A stretch of DNA of 64,000 nt from Camelus dromedarius (taxonomy: Eukaryota), in the NCBI RefSeq assembly GCF_036321535.1, contig NC_087462.1, positions 23,932,001-23,996,000 of the forward strand, in the 5' to 3' direction. The position numbers were made by a program, and so were the translations under genes. The notes beneath the pieces were generated by a model. The model did no database searches. It saw only the letters and a list, made by a program, of their open reading frames with translations, and was not told where the DNA came from. Shown one piece after another: positions 59,821 to 64,000 of this stretch; the first letter of the stretch is position 1; the number at the start of each line of letters is the position of its first letter.

Positions 59821-60832
59821 CCTCAGTCTTAGTTAATCCCAACTCCAGTGCTGGGAGGGAGGCCTTGCATCACCCATTTCACAGAGCAGGACACTGAAAC
59901 TCAGAGAAGGCCAGCGCCTCCCCTAGGTCACCCAGCTAGGGGGCAGCAGGTCGGAGTCCACGCCCAGGGCTGCCCTCTACAGTCGCCTGGGAAGGCGGCT
60001 CCTGCAGGGCTGGGGACGCCCACCCCCCTGCCCCACCCTCCATGGCAGCCCATCCTGACCTTGGACGGAGCTGGCCACTAGAGAGGCCTCTGAATTGATC
60101 AGCCTTTCCCTCCCTGCATCCTCCTGGCCTGAGGCATGAATCTGTCCCCCAACAGGATGGTCCTCCCGTGCTCTCTGCCCCCCAGGCTCACCCCCGTGGT
60201 TCTTTCTTTATCAGGACTTCCCGAGGCTGCTGTCACAGCCTTAACCTCCCTGCAGGACTCAGCAGTGGCACAGCCACATTTCACACGGCGCTCACTCAGC
60301 CTAGGCCAGGAGCATAGATTCCAAGTATAAGCTAAATTTTTAGGTTTAAACGTAAAAGAGCTGAGAAGTAAGGACACCACAAAGGCCAAACTGGAGCCAA
60401 CCAGTCTCTGGTCCCCAAGTAGTGACAGGACACGATGGTCTGGGACAAGGAGTCTCCTGCCCACTGGAAGAGGTCGGCCGCCATGCCAGCAGGAGGGCAC
60501 TGCACAGCCAAGGCTGGACCTGGCTCAGGGCAGACACACTGGCCAGGAAGAGCGGTGTTGGATGGACTCAACCCATCACCGAGGTGCCTTCGTGAAGCTG
60601 CTGCGCTGTCTGCAGGGCAGCTGGAGCTGCAGACTGTTCCCGTCAGACCACGGCCCTGCCTCCTGCACACCCCACATCTCCCCAGCGCTAACGCTAATCC
60701 CTCCGCAGAGACTACAGCAACCAAGGAGCAGGCGGGGAGGAGGAGCGGAGAGCAGTTAAATAAAAGCGCAGAGGAAGGATATTGGCTTGAGAGTAGAGGG
60801 CAAAGAGAGCAAAAAAATAAATGGCAAATTAC

Positions 60833-60859
60833 CGGGTAGCCATCTCGTCCTGATTGCCC
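60833..60859 (-). CDS. COL23A1: COL23A1 exon 5 (27 nt): GQSGRDGYP
   Basis: CACAG|...|GTAATT; identical to recalled human; 20.6-kb intron 5 follows. Confidence 0.93.
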
Positions 60860-62341
60860 CTGTGGTAATTAATACGTCATTAATAATCAGACTTTCGGCA
60901 GAAAACCATATGGCAACACTTAGAACTCAATCAGGGCCCCAGATCCCCCCCATGTCTGCGGACTTTGCAGCAGGGGCTGCTGGTTGCTAACTGACTCCTT
61001 CAAGGGGCGGGGGACGCGGGGCTCCGACGGGTCTAGGGGATGCAGCTCACATCCAGGTACATGGCGAGGACCACGTGGGGATGTGGGGTTCCTGAGCATG
61101 GCATCACATGCTCCTTAAGGCCCTAGCGAGCAGATATGGGTTTCCTGTCTGTTGCTCCAGGGGATGGGGGTGACTCGAGGAAGACAGCTGTGCAAGCCAG
61201 AGATATGGGGGCACATTTACTGTTCCTGGATGCTTCGCTGCTCCCACATGCTCGGAGCGGTGACTGCCCGGCCAGCGTCCCACCCATCTCAGGTCGCAGC
61301 TTGAGAATTCTGTGTTTGCTTAATTCACTTCGTCATTTAACAGTCAAGTTTAAAAAAACACAAAAAACGCAAGAAAACAACTTTGCTCCAATAGCCCTCC
61401 ACACTACGCACTTTGGCGAGTTCACACAGGTCAGCCTTCATGTGACAGTCAGGAATGACTTAACAGCAAAAAACTGCACAGGGCTTATAAATCTACACGC
61501 TCTCAATCTCTGGCTCAGTGGGATGCTGCTACACACACCAGGAAGCCTGGATTCCACAGGGTGCCGACCGGGAAATGAATCATGGTAAGCGTAAGTAAAA
61601 ACGAAGCTGCTCATCTGAAAGGAATTCCTGTAGAAGGTGAATTTTTGGCTCAGGCAGGCTGTACATGTGCCTCTTGAATTGATTCGTCAGGATTTATCAG
61701 ACTCTGAAAAACTGCCAAGATGCATCAAAGGCAGACTTCTGTGTCCTGCGGGAGGAGCGGGGTTTCTGGGGCTGCTGTGCGTCAGGCCGCCGGCCCCTCC
61801 CGCACACCCTTCGCCACCTCAACGCCCTCGCTGGCCAGCTGCACTCCCGAGGTCTCTGCTGCCCAGCCCAGAGAGTCAAATATTTTGGCAAAGAAGGAAA
61901 GCAGACCCCAGGATCTAGCAGTCAAGTCCAACTTATTCCTGGCATCTCTGTCTGACTCCCAAGCCCTTTGTGCCAAAGCACATGAGACCAAAACATTTAG
62001 ATGGATCAGCACTGCAGGGCACTCAGGGACATGGGCACCATGCTTGCGTTTCTGTGCACCAAGCGGAGCCCCGGATTTGGTGAGCAGCAGCCAGGCTCGT
62101 GCCGCCCTCTTTGAAGGAAAACGGTCCCAGAACGCTTCCCCGAGCAAGTCAAGCCCACGGAATCCTGTGTTTGCATTCACCCACAATTCACAAAATATAT
62201 GGCCGCTGTCTGGGACTGAATTTTTTTTTTTTAAGGACACACCTCTCTAACCAAATATTACTTCCATGGAAGTGCTATACACAGAGAGAGAACAAAGCGT
62301 CTTATCTTTCAGGAGCAGAGGGCCTAATCCAGGACACTTAC

Positions 62342-62349
62342 GGGAGGAC
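62342..62349 (-). CDS. COL23A1: COL23A1 exon 4, 8-nt microexon GTCCTCCC, (G)PP
   Basis: TTCTCTGCTTGTGTCTTGCAG|GTCCTCCC|GTAAGT; supplies the GPP expected before GQSGRDGYP and converts phase 1 to phase 0. Exons 1-3 lie beyond the right edge. Confidence 0.88.
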
Positions 62350-64000
62350 CTGCAAGACACAAGCAGAGAAGCCACAGTCAGCATCACAGGGAGAGACGGT
62401 CCCCTGGGCCAGGCCGGCCCCTCCCTTGCCCGTTTCCTGGCCTCCCCTCCTCGCAAGACTTTAATGCTATGGCCGCCCCCAAAGCCAAGTGGCAGGGCAG
62501 AGGGAGCGCCTTTGTCCTTGGAGGGGCTGGGTGGCCGTGGCCATGGTGATGACAGTTCAGGAAGTCTGGGTCCACGCCTTCATCGCCTGAGGCTGCCGCT
62601 GCTCCCTGATTGGGGCCCACCCGGGTCGGGTTTTGGCAGGCAGGGCAGGAGCCAGACCTTGTTCTTGCTTGAAGAACAAATTCTGGAGCTCACCATGGAA
62701 GGGGAGAGACTTGGGGGAGAAAACATTTTGAGCAGAGGGACGAACACCCTAGGGGCACTGGACGTGTGTGGCTGAGCAGATGTGTGGGGCAGGTGTGGCC
62801 ACAGCCCAGCCTCGGGGTTAGCGGTGCCAAGCCTGGCTGTGTATGGGGGCTTGAAGGGGGCTGCGTCTGGAAGCACGGGTGGCCCTGCAGGGAAGGCTGG
62901 CGCCGCGGGCTGAGACTCGCCCCCTCCTCCCGGGAGAACCCCCAGGACACCCACATGGGTCCTCGGCTTACAGCATGCAATCCACATCTGCATTTGACCT
63001 CAATAATTTTTGTGAGAGGTATGATGAACATGTGACAGGTGACAACACAGAGGCTCAGAGAGAAAGGATTGACTTGTCCAAGGCCACGTCATTGGTTAGG
63101 GGTGGAGCTCAGCCCTGGAGGAGGCCTCCGAACCCTCCCATCCTGCACATTTTCCCCTAGAGCCACCCTGCTGCCCAGCCAGCAGCTCCTCTGCCCCCGG
63201 CAGCCCCCGCCCTCGGCCTGGGGAGTGAGGCTGGCAGCCGGCACACGTTTATGTGATGGGCAAGTGATGGCACCAGGGGTGAAAGAGGCAAGGTCTCTGA
63301 CGCAGAGTTTTCCTTGGACGGATCGATACTTAAGAAAACCATTACACACGGAGAAGCACAGGGAGCTCCCGGCACAGAGCGAGTGGCCAGAGCCTGGCTG
63401 GGCCGACGGGGGACAGCAGGCCAGGCTGAGCGCAGGCGGTGAGGGATGATTACCGGGGAGAGGAAGGGGAAGGAAGAGCGTGGCGGAGAAGGAAAAGTTC
63501 GGAGCACACCAAGGTCACTGGGCAGCTGGGGACTAGGAGGGGCCGAGTGGCGGCAGCCGGGGGGCCTGGGGAGAAGGCAGCCAGAGCACAGGGTCTGGTT
63601 TCCAAGACACGGTCCAGGGGACGTGACTGGAAGGGCAGCGGGGGCCACTGAAGGGTTCTGCATGGAGGAGTGGTTTGAGGAGGCAAGAGTGTGCACAGGG
63701 ATGCGCTGCAGCTGTCCCCAAGAAGGACTGTGGCCCCAACGCAGGTGCTGGCAGTGGAGACGGAGAAGTGAGTCAGATGATAAACGTTAGTGAGGACAGA
63801 CAGGACCTGCTCATGGATTTGACGGTGGAGGTGGGGGTGGAGGGGTGCCTGGGGTATAGAGGAAGCACAGAGATGAAACAAAGATTTTTGGCTTGAAAAC
63901 CTGACGTGCAATGGAGCTGAGACCCGAGAACGTAACGGGGGGACCGTGTGTCCCCTAATCCTAGACTGAAGGTGGGGCGGGGCGATGGCCGCGCGGATAT

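Noticed and set aside
61580-61600. Tandem plus-strand donor-like motifs G|GTAAGC and C|GTAAGT suggesting an antisense lncRNA exon
   Set aside because: No acceptor, promoter or poly(A) support identifiable; such hexamers are common by chance.

Overview
Mammalian genomic DNA, probably camelid (alpaca or camel), judged from the short tRNA-derived Vic-1-type SINEs. It is syntenic with human chr5q35.3. Left to right: (1) the last ~110 nt of the HNRNPAB 3'UTR on + (recognised from memory; AATAAA 78-83). (2) The complete PHYKPL/AGXT2L2 coding sequence on the minus strand: 12 coding exons, ATG 13273 to TGA 855, 1353 nt = 450 aa, all GT-AG, PLP lysine K278 intact, with a CpG-island promoter at ~12.9-13.9 kb. 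(3) The 3' part of COL23A1 on the minus strand: exons 4-29 in human numbering, including an 8-nt microexon (62342-62349) and a last exon whose only coding content is the stop codon. The rest is intronic DNA with L1, L2, MIR, MaLR/ERVL LTR and hAT-Charlie remnants, microsatellites and a 203-nt assembly gap. Best novel candidate: an in-frame 72-nt cassette exon in COL23A1 intron 8 (36370-36441). It encodes MVFPRLNPGFISRDHHVYGRHVLK, which matches the NC2 segment of the paralogue COL25A1 at the same position. Including it would interrupt the first collagenous domain and destroy the junction-made RGD motif. Secondary candidates: an in-frame alternative first exon in intron 5 (48204-48260) and a shifted Gly-X-Y imperfection in exons 12-13. 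All human, mouse and paralogue comparisons are from memory, not from a search. Exon numbers follow the recalled human models.
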